The position numbers and the translations under genes are program-made. A DNA stretch of 33,335 nt from Bacteroidetes bacterium GWA2_31_9 (lineage in GTDB: Bacteria; Bacteroidota; Bacteroidia; Bacteroidales; GWF2-33-38), in assembly GCA_001768975.1 (NCBI GenBank), contig MEND01000230.1, positions 13,311-46,645 of the forward strand. Reading direction: 5' to 3'. Of the stretch, positions 1 to 9,634 are shown piece by piece; position 1 is the first letter of the stretch; every line of letters begins with the position of its first letter. The notes under the pieces were generated by a model. It worked only from the letters and a program-made list of their open reading frames with translations. It ran no database searches and was not told where the DNA came from.

Positions 1-10
1 AAATATTCTA

Positions 11-1648
11 ATGAAAATAGTCTTTTTTTTAATTTTAGTTTTTAGCGTTTCAAGTTCTGTAATTTCACAGAATTCAAAAAAAATTCCACCAGAAAAACCT
101 AAGTTAATTGTTGCTTTGGTTGTTGACCAAATGAAAAACGAATACATAAGCAAGTATTGGAATAAGTTTGAAGATAACGGATTCAAACGATTAATAGGAG
201 AGGGAGCTTATTGCAGAAATACTAATCTTGATTATATTTTCACACAAACTGCTGTTGGTCACGCTACGATTTTTACCGGAGCTATGCCATCTTATCATGG
301 CATTATAAGTAATTATTGGTATAATAGTACTAAAAGTTTAAAAGTTTATTGTGTTGACGATGATAAAGTTAAGTCTGTTGGAATTAAAGGAGATTTTGGT
401 AAAAAGTCGCCACGAAAATTACTCACAACAACTATTGGAGACGAAATAAAACTTTCAAATGCCGGAAAATCCAAAGTTATTTCGATTTCACTAAAAGACA
501 GAGCTGCGATACTTCCAGGAGGTCATACAGCAAATGGAGTATTTTGGTTTGATACTGAATCGGGAACATGGATTACAAGCTCATATTACATGGATACTTT
601 GCCAAAATGGGTAAAGGAGTTTAACCAAAAGAAATACCCTGATTTATATATTGAGCGTCAATGGACACCAATGTTGCCAATTGAACAATACACAGAAAGC
701 CTAGAGGATAAAAATAATTTTGAAGTTGGTTTTGTTGGGAATAAAACCACTTTCCCATACGATTTAAAACTAATGCGTGGAGAAAGCAAAAGTTATGAGT
801 TATTGTTGAGTACGCCTTATGGAAATACTCTTACAAAAGACTTTGCTTTAGCTGCAATTGTAAACGAAAATCTTGGAATGGATGCATATCCTGATTTTCT
901 TAATGTAAGTTTTTCAGCAACTGATTATATTGGTCATGCTTTTGGCCCATCATCAATAGAAACAGAAGATACATACCTTCGTTTGGATAAAGAAATTGCT
1001 CATTTTCTTGAATTTATTGACAGCAATTTTGGGAAAGAAAATGTTTTGGTTTTTCTAACTTCTGACCACGGTGTTGCTGAAGTTCCAAAATATTTAATGG
1101 AGCAAGATATTCCTGCCGGATATTTCAACTATAATTATGCTATTACGCTTCTGAAATCATATTTGAATGCAGTTTATGGTTATGGCGATTGGGTTAAAAC
1201 ATACATGACTAAGCAAATTTATTTGAATCATATTCTGATTGAAGATTCAAAGCTCGACCTTGTTGATGTTCAGAATAAAGTTGCACAATTTTTTGTTCAG
1301 TTTACAGGAGTTGCAAATGCTACAACTGCTACAGCTTTGCAAAACAACAACTTCACTAATGGCATTAACGAAAAAATGAAAAATAATTATAATCAGAATC
1401 GTTCGGGAGATGTAATAATTAACCTTGAACCGGGCTGGCTCGAAGAAACTTCAGAAGCTACAAATCATAATTCTGCTTATACGTATGATACTCATATTCC
1501 TTTAATTTGGTACGGTTGGAAAGTTACACGTAAAACAATTACCAGAAGAGTTTCTGTTACCGAAATTGCACCAACTATTTCTACATTATTGAATATTCCT
1601 TTTCCGAATGGATGTATGAGTCAACCAATTATTGAGTTGACGGAGTAA
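11..1648 (+). CDS. pafA: Alkaline phosphatase superfamily protein, PafA type
   Basis: Signal peptide; motifs VVDQM, TQTAVGHATIFTG (Thr nucleophile), SLKDR, TDYIGH, TSDHG, YDTHIPL. Confidence 0.88.
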   Translation: MKIVFFLILVFSVSSSVISQNSKKIPPEKPKLIVALVVDQMKNEYISKYWNKFEDNGFKRLIGEGAYCRNTNLDYIFTQTAVGHATIFTGAMPSYHGIISNYWYNSTKSLKVYCVDDDKVKSVGIKGDFGKKSPRKLLTTTIGDEIKLSNAGKSKVISISLKDRAAILPGGHTANGVFWFDTESGTWITSSYYMDTLPKWVKEFNQKKYPDLYIERQWTPMLPIEQYTESLEDKNNFEVGFVGNKTTFPYDLKLMRGESKSYELLLSTPYGNTLTKDFALAAIVNENLGMDAYPDFLNVSFSATDYIGHAFGPSSIETEDTYLRLDKEIAHFLEFIDSNFGKENVLVFLTSDHGVAEVPKYLMEQDIPAGYFNYNYAITLLKSYLNAVYGYGDWVKTYMTKQIYLNHILIEDSKLDLVDVQNKVAQFFVQFTGVANATTATALQNNNFTNGINEKMKNNYNQNRSGDVIINLEPGWLEETSEATNHNSAYTYDTHIPLIWYGWKVTRKTITRRVSVTEIAPTISTLLNIPFPNGCMSQPIIELTE

Positions 1649-1655
1649 ATGAAAT

Positions 1656-3146
1656 TTACTTTTGAATTATCAGTTTCTTAAGTGTAATACCTTGTTCTGA
1701 AATGATTTTAATGATATAAATACCATCATTTAATTCAGAAATATTAACCTTAGTTTTCATTGAATCAAATTGTTGCTTCTTTATTTCAGAACCATTGATA
1801 TTTGTTAAAATTATAGTCCCTGAAGCAATTTTATAATTATCTAAAAATTCAATTTCAATAAAATCTTTTGCAGGATTAGGAAAAATATTTACTGTATAAT
1901 TTTTTTGTTCTTTTAAATTTCTAGAAAGTATTATTCCATCAGTTGAAACAGTGCCTTTTGTATCTCCATTTTTAATGTAGCCTTCTAGGGTTTCAGAACC
2001 GCCATTTTCAAAAAACATAAAACTACTATAAATTGCTCCCAATCCTAAACTATAATTTGTTAAGGTAGTTTGATATCCATTATAATTTAAAGTCGAATCA
2101 TAATTTGTAATATAAACATTTTCATTTCTGCTTTTAATAATTTCATTTGTATTACAAGAAATATATTCGGTTTTTGAAAAGTAAATATTTTCATGTTCCC
2201 ACATTTCAAAACAATTAAAATCATAATAAATTGAGTATTTACAATTAAATATCCAACATGGTTTTGTAGGTTCATTATTAAACTTATTTGCACTATGATT
2301 TAGAGAATCAGTGAAAATTATCGTGCTATCTCCAGCATGTTCATAATGATATGTAGAAGGATCCCAAAATCCAAAATAGTTAGTATAATAAGAAATATTA
2401 TAAATATAGCTGGAATCAGTTGTTGATTTAGAGTTAATAATAAATTTATATGTCCAAAAATCATTACCACCAGGATTCCCAGATGAACCTTTATATTGAA
2501 AAACATCGCCAACATTAAAATTGAAAATATCCCAGAAATTTGGAACTTTAATTCCTAAATTTCTGTTTTCAATTCCAAATAATTTGTAGTAAATATCAGA
2601 ATTATAATGATATGGAAATTGAATAATTCCAAACGACTTTGAAAGAACAATTGTATCTCCAGTTGATAATAATATTGTTTTAAACGAATCTGTTATCCCA
2701 AAATATGAAGCAGAATATTGTGAAGAAATAGTAGCATTAATATTATTTATAGTATCGAAAATCCATGTGTCATTTATATTCGCTAATGATTTTAATACGA
2801 AAGTTGAAGTGTCAGAAAATATAAAAATTCCATTATCTCTAAACCTGACTTTTTTTTGAAGAAATTGAGGATAATTTATATTCAAAATTGGAGAGTAGTA
2901 CGGTATATTACAAGTATCACACTCGTGAGCAATTCTGTTTAAGTGATAAATACTGTCATTTCCATTTGTAGAAACAGAATCAACCCAAATTGTATTTGTA
3001 ATGATTGTATTAGTATCAATTTTAAAATTGTAAATATCACCTTTATTAATAGGTTTCCAATTTTGAGAAAAGCTACTGGAAGTGATAGCTAAAAAAAAAG
3101 TAACAACAAGAGCTATAGCATTAATATGTTTGGTTTTATTATTCAT
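1656..3146 (-). CDS. T9SS type A sorting domain-containing secreted protein, unknown function
   Basis: Signal peptide; C-terminal IFPNPA...NISELNDGIYIIKI...KKLIIQK typical of a T9SS CTD. Confidence 0.85.
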   Translation of the reverse strand: MNNKTKHINAIALVVTFFLAITSSSFSQNWKPINKGDIYNFKIDTNTIITNTIWVDSVSTNGNDSIYHLNRIAHECDTCNIPYYSPILNINYPQFLQKKVRFRDNGIFIFSDTSTFVLKSLANINDTWIFDTINNINATISSQYSASYFGITDSFKTILLSTGDTIVLSKSFGIIQFPYHYNSDIYYKLFGIENRNLGIKVPNFWDIFNFNVGDVFQYKGSSGNPGGNDFWTYKFIINSKSTTDSSYIYNISYYTNYFGFWDPSTYHYEHAGDSTIIFTDSLNHSANKFNNEPTKPCWIFNCKYSIYYDFNCFEMWEHENIYFSKTEYISCNTNEIIKSRNENVYITNYDSTLNYNGYQTTLTNYSLGLGAIYSSFMFFENGGSETLEGYIKNGDTKGTVSTDGIILSRNLKEQKNYTVNIFPNPAKDFIEIEFLDNYKIASGTIILTNINGSEIKKQQFDSMKTKVNISELNDGIYIIKIISEQGITLKKLIIQK

Positions 3147-3171
3147 AACACTAATGATTAAATTACTTTTA

Positions 3172-3179
3172 CAAAAGTA
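3172..3179 (-). promoter_or_regulatory. Bacteroidota -7 promoter motif TACTTTTG for the 1656-3146 gene
   Basis: Matches TAnnTTTG about 25 nt upstream of the start; lies inside the palindrome TTACTTTT-AC-AAAAGTAA (3163-3180). Confidence 0.5.
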
Positions 3180-3263
3180 AAAATATTTTACTTAATAATC
3201 AACGTTTTAAAAAGAATTTATCTTTCTAAAATATACATTCACATAAATATAAAGAAATCATTC

Positions 3264-3378
3264 GGCTAAAGCCATGTTTGAAGTTTTATTTGTCCACGAC
3301 CTAAAGGACGTGGCAATTTTTTTAGCCCCGAACTTTAGGTCGGGGAATATTAAGAGAAATAAATTTAGGGCTTTAGCC
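3264..3378. repeat. REP/REPIN-like element with two inverted GC-rich units
   Basis: GGCTAAAGCC...CCACGACCTAAAGGACGTGGC followed by inverted copy GCCCCGAACTTTAGGTCGGGG...GGCTTTAGCC. Confidence 0.75.
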
Positions 3379-3401
3379 CTTTTTAAATTTAGATATTCAA
3401 A

Positions 3402-6400
3402 CTAATCCTTAACAACCTTCATCCACTGTTTGCCGTTTTTGCCATCAAGGCTTATGAAATACAAGCCGGAACTTAATTCTTTTCCGTTCCATTCGTAAGT
3501 ATAATTTCCTGGAGTTAGATTACTATTCAGGCTTTTAATAAGCGATCCTTCTGCATTATAAAAATTCAAACTATAATTTCCTTTTTCAAGAATATTATAA
3601 TTAATTGTTGTTGTTTCTGCAAATGGATTTGGATAAGGATATTGTAAATAATAAGCAAAAGATTGAGTATTTTCTATTCCATTATACTGATTATCATTAG
3701 CAATAACTAGAATATCATTGCTTCCGTTCCATAAATACTTAACAAATAAAACCTGATTTGGACTGTCGAAATATGCTCCTGTATCGGCTTGTGCGAAATC
3801 TTGAAGGCTTGTATAAATGGTAACATTAATACTATTTAAAAGTACCGCAAAAGGTGTTGTAGTCTGGCGTTGAACTTCAAAAGTTGTACTTCGAGTTAAT
3901 GGAGCAGCACTGTAACCGTTTCCAGATTTTGAAAGTCGAATATTTGTCTGATGTGTAAGAACTTCGCCCGAAAAAGTAAGCAAATCATAATCGCCAGAAA
4001 TGTTTGTTGAAGGAGTTTTTCCATCGTCTTCATACATTGTAAAATTTGAGTTAGGAGTGGAGTTATCTGGATAATATTTTACCGATAAAGTATCTGTTTT
4101 ATAATTACTTGTGTGATAATAAACAGGAACCATTGGAATAAAACTTCCAGCTTTTACAAATAATGGCATTTTATCAAGCGGAGCACTTACTGTAGAAGAT
4201 GAATTGCCTGTGTAAGATTGATTTGTCCAATAGTTTATCCAGTTTCCCGATGGAAAAAGAACTGTACGGCTTGTTTGTCCAGCACTCATGACTGGAGCTA
4301 CCAACATATTTTCGCCCCATAAAAATTCGTCGTTTACATTTGCAATTGAAGAATTTGTTGGTTCAAAATAGTTAATCGGTAAAGCCAAAGGACGACCAGT
4401 TGCAGTGTTTTTCCATGCAAGTGTGTAATTATAAGGCATTAATTGATACCTCAATTTTACATAATTACGAACTATATCTTTTTCATTTGCTGGATAATAA
4501 ATGGGTTCTGGAGCAACACCTTCGCCATGTGGACGCATGATTGGACAAAATGCACCGAATTGTAACCAGCGTGTATAAAGTTCAGGATTATAGCTTCCAC
4601 CAGTAAATCCTCCCAAATCGGAGTGCATATAACCAACTCCGCTCATTCCCATTCCGAGCATTATTGGAATTTGTGCCTGAAAACCTTCAAAACTTCTGTT
4701 CACATCGCCCGACCACGGAAAAGTTGAATAACGTTGCATTCCGGCATATCCCGAACGCATTAAATCGAAAAGTCGCTGATTTGGATATTCTTGTTTATAT
4801 TTATTGTATAACAACGAAGCCCATTCTAGTGCATAAACATTGTGAACCTGACGAGCAGTTCCTGCAACATGTTTTATTCCAGATGGATGATTTTCTGGTT
4901 CGCCCACATCGCACCACCAGCCTGCTATACCTTCGTCGGTGCGAGCTTTATATTTGCTCCACATCCAGTTTTTGGTTTCGGTTTTAAAAATATCTAATAA
5001 ACCTGACGATCCAGCATAAAAATCAGGAACAATATAAGTGTAATTGCCCGAAGCATCAGTTCCGAAAAGTAATTGAGAATCGCAATAACTGTAACTTGAC
5101 GAGCTTTGTGTTACGTAAGGCTCCGAAATCAAAACTGTATTAACTCCCAAGTTTTTTAAATCGCTAATCATTCCAGTTGGATTTGCCCAATTGTCAGAAT
5201 TCCACGAAAAATTTCCCATATCGCCAAGTTGTCCGAACCAGTATAAATCTAAAATAATTGCATCAATTGGAAAATCTTCTTGCATGATAGAATTTACCAT
5301 ATTTCGGGTTTCAGTTTCGGTTTGATAGCCAAATCTTGATTGCAAATATCCCAAAGACCAGCGTGGGGGCAAGGGTTGTTTTCCAGTTAAGTTTGTATAA
5401 GAATTCAATATTTCGTCAAATGAATCTCCTGTAATTACATAGTAAGACAATTTGCCATCTTCAACTGTGTATTGAAAAACAGAATCTTCGGAGTTCCCAA
5501 TGTTGAAATTTCCTGCAGTTCGATTTTCGATATAAATTCCATACAAACCCGACGACATTATAAATGGAATATTGATATTAAGAGTAGATGAACCATTTGA
5601 GTATGAGTAATGTGCTTCGTTATATGAATAAAGCGATTGACCTTTTTTATTGATTGGAGTTGCCCGTGAGCCAGTTCCATAGAAACTTTCAGAAGGAGAC
5701 ATTTTAAATCGAAGTCCTTTTGAGTCGCTTGTGCTGAAATAGCCTGATTCTTCATTTAATACAGTAGTTCCATTGCTTTTGTACGATAGTCTTATAGGAT
5801 TTTTTTCGATATGAACTTTGAGATTTCCACAATTTAATTCAAGATAATTTGTGCTATCTGATAATGTTGCAGTTGTTGCAGAAGTTGATAAAACTACGCT
5901 GTAAGTTGTGTCAGGACTGACGATTCCAACTGGATAAATTGCAATTTTTGCCATGTTGGAAGCAAATGGTTCAATTGTCATTTTTCCATTTTGAGCTGTT
6001 ATTGTGAGTTTGTTGTTGGTGAATGTGTTTGAAATGTAGTCTTGAAGTTTATAAGCATTTGCAGTAATCAGAATATCGGTGTTGGCAGAAGTACGACCAA
6101 CAATAGAACCATCGGCATTTCTAAATACAAAAGCAAGTTTCAGTACATCAATTCCTTGTGGAATAGAGTAAAATGTGCGGATGTTGAAGGTTTTTCGGTA
6201 TAAATTATTTCCCAGACTTTCCATTGCAACATTGGCATCGGCTGTTCCCCAGTTTCCAACTGTGTATTTCCAGTCGCTGTTATTAATGCTGGTTGTTGTA
6301 ATTACGCCTGTGTGCATGTAAACTGTTCCAGAAAAACCTGATAATGCAGAATTCCCTTTTGAAGCATCAAAAATTACTGTAATATTATTGTCGGTTGATG

Positions 6401-6485
6401 GTAACGATGGGCTTACTGTAACCTGACAATTGCTGTTTTTATAAAATGTCAGAAATAAAAGTGAAAATATTAATAATGATTTCAT
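3402..6485 (-). CDS. T9SS-secreted GH31 glycoside hydrolase (alpha-glucosidase/transglucosylase-like) with N-terminal accessory domain
   Basis: TGKQPLPPRWSLGYLQSRFGY, LDLYWF, nucleophile motif WWCDVGEPE, acid/base WSGDV, RWLQFGAF, MYEDDG; C-terminal YPNPF...SGLYF...KVVK. Confidence 0.92.
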   Translation of the reverse strand: MKSLLIFSLLFLTFYKNSNCQVTVSPSLPSTDNNITVIFDASKGNSALSGFSGTVYMHTGVITTTSINNSDWKYTVGNWGTADANVAMESLGNNLYRKTFNIRTFYSIPQGIDVLKLAFVFRNADGSIVGRTSANTDILITANAYKLQDYISNTFTNNKLTITAQNGKMTIEPFASNMAKIAIYPVGIVSPDTTYSVVLSTSATTATLSDSTNYLELNCGNLKVHIEKNPIRLSYKSNGTTVLNEESGYFSTSDSKGLRFKMSPSESFYGTGSRATPINKKGQSLYSYNEAHYSYSNGSSTLNINIPFIMSSGLYGIYIENRTAGNFNIGNSEDSVFQYTVEDGKLSYYVITGDSFDEILNSYTNLTGKQPLPPRWSLGYLQSRFGYQTETETRNMVNSIMQEDFPIDAIILDLYWFGQLGDMGNFSWNSDNWANPTGMISDLKNLGVNTVLISEPYVTQSSSSYSYCDSQLLFGTDASGNYTYIVPDFYAGSSGLLDIFKTETKNWMWSKYKARTDEGIAGWWCDVGEPENHPSGIKHVAGTARQVHNVYALEWASLLYNKYKQEYPNQRLFDLMRSGYAGMQRYSTFPWSGDVNRSFEGFQAQIPIMLGMGMSGVGYMHSDLGGFTGGSYNPELYTRWLQFGAFCPIMRPHGEGVAPEPIYYPANEKDIVRNYVKLRYQLMPYNYTLAWKNTATGRPLALPINYFEPTNSSIANVNDEFLWGENMLVAPVMSAGQTSRTVLFPSGNWINYWTNQSYTGNSSSTVSAPLDKMPLFVKAGSFIPMVPVYYHTSNYKTDTLSVKYYPDNSTPNSNFTMYEDDGKTPSTNISGDYDLLTFSGEVLTHQTNIRLSKSGNGYSAAPLTRSTTFEVQRQTTTPFAVLLNSINVTIYTSLQDFAQADTGAYFDSPNQVLFVKYLWNGSNDILVIANDNQYNGIENTQSFAYYLQYPYPNPFAETTTINYNILEKGNYSLNFYNAEGSLIKSLNSNLTPGNYTYEWNGKELSSGLYFISLDGKNGKQWMKVVKD

Positions 6486-6653
6486 TTTTTATGAGATTAA
6501 TGAAATATAAAAATAGTGATAATTTTTAAAGTTCATCATAGCTTTTAAATTCTATTTTTTTTATTGTTTATTTAATAATGTGTTATATCTTTATATTGAT
6601 AATAAATAGTTATATAAACATCATTCATTTATCTAATTTAAAATAACTAATCA

Positions 6654-7397
6654 ATGAAATTATTATACGTATTAGTATTGCTTATTTTTATAGTACTTGA
6701 TTCATTTTCTCAAGATATTATTTTTAAAAAAAATAATAGTGATTCAATAAAATGTAGAATTATTGAAGATAAGATTACTTCTTTGAGATATAAATTGAAT
6801 AATTCAAACGATACAACAATTTATGAAATTAAGCAAAATGACTATGATTATTATGTTGATAAACCTGATGAATTAAATGATGTTGTTAGTTCTGTAAAAT
6901 CAATTGAAAGTACTAACGAAAATTTGAAAGATGGATTTAAAACTGATTTTGGAATTGGTTTAGGTCTTGATTATAGTGGAATTTTTGGAGTGAAATATAC
7001 TTTTTTTCCAATTAAATATGCAGCAGTTTTTATTTCTGTAGGTTATATGAATGTTGATGCTGGATATAACGTTGGTTTACAGCTTAATATTTTACCTTAT
7101 GGAACTGAATTTAATCTTCGTCCACACATAAAATTTATGTATGGAGCAAATTCTTCAATACATATTAATGGTGCTTCGCAATATAACAAAGTTTATTATG
7201 GATACACTTATGGAGGAGGATTTGAGTTTAGATTTGGTAGATTTAAAGATGTTGGGTTCGATATTGATTTTAGTGTTCCTTTGCGGTCAAATGATTTTGT
7301 TAAAGATTATAATAAAATATTGAATAATAAAACTATTATCGTTTATAATTATCCTCCAAAATTAACAATTGGTATTGGATTTCATATTCAACTTTGA
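6654..7397 (+). CDS. Hypothetical outer-membrane beta-barrel protein
   Basis: Signal peptide, short N-terminal SQDIIFKK domain, alternating Gly/aromatic strands, C-terminal IGIGFHIQL. Confidence 0.6.
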   Translation: MKLLYVLVLLIFIVLDSFSQDIIFKKNNSDSIKCRIIEDKITSLRYKLNNSNDTTIYEIKQNDYDYYVDKPDELNDVVSSVKSIESTNENLKDGFKTDFGIGLGLDYSGIFGVKYTFFPIKYAAVFISVGYMNVDAGYNVGLQLNILPYGTEFNLRPHIKFMYGANSSIHINGASQYNKVYYGYTYGGGFEFRFGRFKDVGFDIDFSVPLRSNDFVKDYNKILNNKTIIVYNYPPKLTIGIGFHIQL

Positions 7398-7410
7398 GTT
7401 TTTTAAAATT

Positions 7411-7830
7411 TTAAATATTTCTAAAACTCTCCACTGCTAATCTATACGAATCCAAGCCAAAGCCACAAATAGAGCCTTTGCATTTTCCGGCTATTAACGA
7501 TTTGTGTCGGAATTCTTCACGAGAATAGATATTGCTAATGTGAACCTCTATCGAAGGGCATTTTACAGCAGAAATTGCATCCATAATCGCCACCGAAGTA
7601 TGAGTATAACCACCTGCATTTATGATAATTCCATCGAAACTAAAACCAACCTCATGAATTTTGTTAATTATTTCACCTTCAACGTTCGATTGAAAATATT
7701 CTAATTGAAAATTAGGAAATTTCAGTTTCAATTTTTCAAAATATACCTCAAAAGTTTCATCTCCGTAAATGCTTTTTTCACGAACACCCAATAGGTTCAG
7801 ATTTGGACCGTTTATAATTTGTAGTTTCAT
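7411..7830 (-). CDS. aroQ: Type II 3-dehydroquinate dehydratase
   Basis: [48 protein letters not shown]. Confidence 0.97.
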   Translation of the reverse strand: MKLQIINGPNLNLLGVREKSIYGDETFEVYFEKLKLKFPNFQLEYFQSNVEGEIINKIHEVGFSFDGIIINAGGYTHTSVAIMDAISAVKCPSIEVHISNIYSREEFRHKSLIAGKCKGSICGFGLDSYRLAVESFRNI

Positions 7831-7863
7831 GAGTAAAATTTTAAGTATTACAATTTATTTTTT

Positions 7864-7958
7864 GCCACAGATTACACTAATTTACACAGATTTCTTTCGC
7901 AGATTTAAAAATACCAGAGGTAGTTTTTTAATCTGTGGGAATCTGTGCAATCTGTGGC
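7864..7958. repeat. Inverted repeat built of (A/G)CAGATT / AATCTGT short units
   Basis: GCCACAGATT...ACACAGATT...GCAGATT opposed by AATCTGTGGG-AATCTGTGC-AATCTGTGGC; outer 10 bp perfectly complementary. Confidence 0.7.
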
Positions 7959-8017
7959 ATATTCTTTTATTGAGTTTGTCAAAATATTATTTTAATTATT
8001 TTCCAATGTTGTTAACT

Positions 8018-8025
8018 TAAATTTG
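8018..8025 (+). promoter_or_regulatory. Putative -7 promoter motif TAAATTTG for xerD
   Basis: TAnnTTTG match about 58 nt upstream of the ATG. Confidence 0.45.
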
Positions 8026-8057
8026 CATGGATATATCATTGGTTTAATTTATCTTCA

Positions 8058-8065
8058 CAAAGTTA
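8058..8065 (-). promoter_or_regulatory. Putative -7 promoter motif TAACTTTG for aroQ
   Basis: TAnnTTTG match on the minus strand pointing toward aroQ. Confidence 0.35.
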
Positions 8066-8083
8066 AGAATTTGATTTGAATAT

Positions 8084-8983
8084 ATGAATTGGCTTACAAC
8101 AATAAAAGAATTTGAATCGTATCTGAAAATTGAACGCTCGCTATCGGTCAACTCTGTAGAGGCTTATGAGGACGATATGTATAAATTATATCAGTTTATT
8201 CAGTTTAAATATCCTGAATTGAATCCTGAAAAAGTTACACTTAAAATTTTGCAGGAGTTCATTTTATGGATTAACGAACTTGGAATGTCGGCACGCTCAC
8301 AAGCAAGGGTTTTATCTGGTATTCGGGCTTTTTACAAATATCTGATTATGGAAGATTTGATTGATTCAAGTCCAGCCGAACTACTCGAATTTCCCCGAAT
8401 TGGTCGAAAACTTCCTGAATTTCTTTCAATTACTGAAATTGATAATTTAATTGCAGCAATAGATTTAAGCAAAGCCGAAGGACATCGTAATCGAGCAATT
8501 TTGGAAACACTTTATAGCTGTGGATTAAGGGTTTCGGAGTTAGTAAATCTGAAAATTTCGCATATTTATTTCGACGATGGATTTATAAAAGTAATGGGCA
8601 AAGGGAGCAAGGAGCGACTTGTGCCAATTAGTCCAAAAGCAATAAAGGAAATTAATAATTATAAAATTTCGTATCGCAATCATATAGCAATTGCAAAAGG
8701 GCATGAGGACTTTTTGTTTTTAAATCGTCGTGGCAAAAAACTTACTCGTGTGATGATTTTTACAATAATAAAAGGACTTGCAACCAAAATCGGACTTCAA
8801 AAAACAATAAGTCCACATACATTTCGCCATTCGTTTGCAACACATTTGGTTGAAGGTGGAGCCGATTTACGTGCAGTTCAAGAAATGCTTGGACACGAAT
8901 CAATTATCACAACCGAAATTTACACACATTTGGATAGAGAATACTTGCGAGATGCGATTATTCGATTTCATCCGAGGTCTTAA
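8084..8983 (+). CDS. xerD: Site-specific tyrosine recombinase XerD
   Basis: ERSLSVNSVEAY, LYSCGLRVSEL, GKGSKERLVP, SPHTFRHSFATHL..GADLRAVQEMLGHESI.TTEIYTH, ends FHPR. Confidence 0.93.
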   Translation: MNWLTTIKEFESYLKIERSLSVNSVEAYEDDMYKLYQFIQFKYPELNPEKVTLKILQEFILWINELGMSARSQARVLSGIRAFYKYLIMEDLIDSSPAELLEFPRIGRKLPEFLSITEIDNLIAAIDLSKAEGHRNRAILETLYSCGLRVSELVNLKISHIYFDDGFIKVMGKGSKERLVPISPKAIKEINNYKISYRNHIAIAKGHEDFLFLNRRGKKLTRVMIFTIIKGLATKIGLQKTISPHTFRHSFATHLVEGGADLRAVQEMLGHESIITTEIYTHLDREYLRDAIIRFHPRS

Positions 8984-8985
8984 AT

Positions 8986-9324
8986 CTATAAATTTAGATT
9001 TTTGTTAAGAAATTTTTTTAACTCAGGAATTTTAGTCTGGATAACTTGCCAAACAACTTTATCATCAACACCGAAATAATCGTGAACTATAATGTTTCTA
9101 AATCCTTGAATCTTAAACCAATCTATTTCGGGATATTTGTTTTTAAATTCTTGACTTAATTTTACAGTCATTTCCCCAATTACAATAAAGTTCAGCATTA
9201 CAGCATCATAAGGAATATAATCCTTTTTTAACTCATCAATTGTGGAAAATTTACTTGAAATTTCTTCAATCTTCTTGACAGAATCAAGAATATTAAAACA
9301 TAATAAGTCATCTTTGCTATACAT
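8986..9324 (-). CDS. HEPN/DUF86 ribonuclease toxin (HepT-like)
   Basis: RNIIVHDY matches the RX4HXY HEPN motif; IVIGE and YPEIDW; overlaps the MNT gene by 8 nt. Confidence 0.9.
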   Translation of the reverse strand: MYSKDDLLCFNILDSVKKIEEISSKFSTIDELKKDYIPYDAVMLNFIVIGEMTVKLSQEFKNKYPEIDWFKIQGFRNIIVHDYFGVDDKVVWQVIQTKIPELKKFLNKNLNL

Positions 9325-9616
9325 AAATAGCGTCTTTAAGAATTATTGATTTAAAAATTGGTTTAATCGCACCCTCACGACATAAATCTATATTCATTTT
9401 AAACTGCGAAATTAGATATTCACGAAGCTCAAATTTTTTATCGTAAAGATTCTCAGTATTTTCCTCAAATTCGACTATAATGTCTATATCACTTTTCAGA
9501 GTCTGTTCTTCTCGTGCATACGAACCAAAAATTCCAATTTTAATTACATTAAATTTAGTTTTAAAATAAGTTTTATTATCTTTTAAATATTTCAATATTT
9601 CGGCTCTTGAAATCAC
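9317..9616 (-). CDS. Minimal nucleotidyltransferase antitoxin (MntA-like)
   Basis: FGSYAREEQTLKSDIDI matches GSX10DXD; 99 aa; GTG start. Confidence 0.9.
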   Translation of the reverse strand: MISRAEILKYLKDNKTYFKTKFNVIKIGIFGSYAREEQTLKSDIDIIVEFEENTENLYDKKFELREYLISQFKMNIDLCREGAIKPIFKSIILKDAIYV

Positions 9617-9634
9617 TTATTAAGTTATTTAATA

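Noticed and set aside
7769-8020. 83-aa ORF across the aroQ-xerD gap
   Set aside because: It is a translation of the repeat element (PQITLIYTD, ICGNLCNLW) and overlaps aroQ in antisense
8084-8983. Recombinase as the integrase of an island carrying the toxin-antitoxin pair
   Set aside because: Length, motifs and position next to aroQ fit housekeeping XerD; no tRNA or att direct repeats seen
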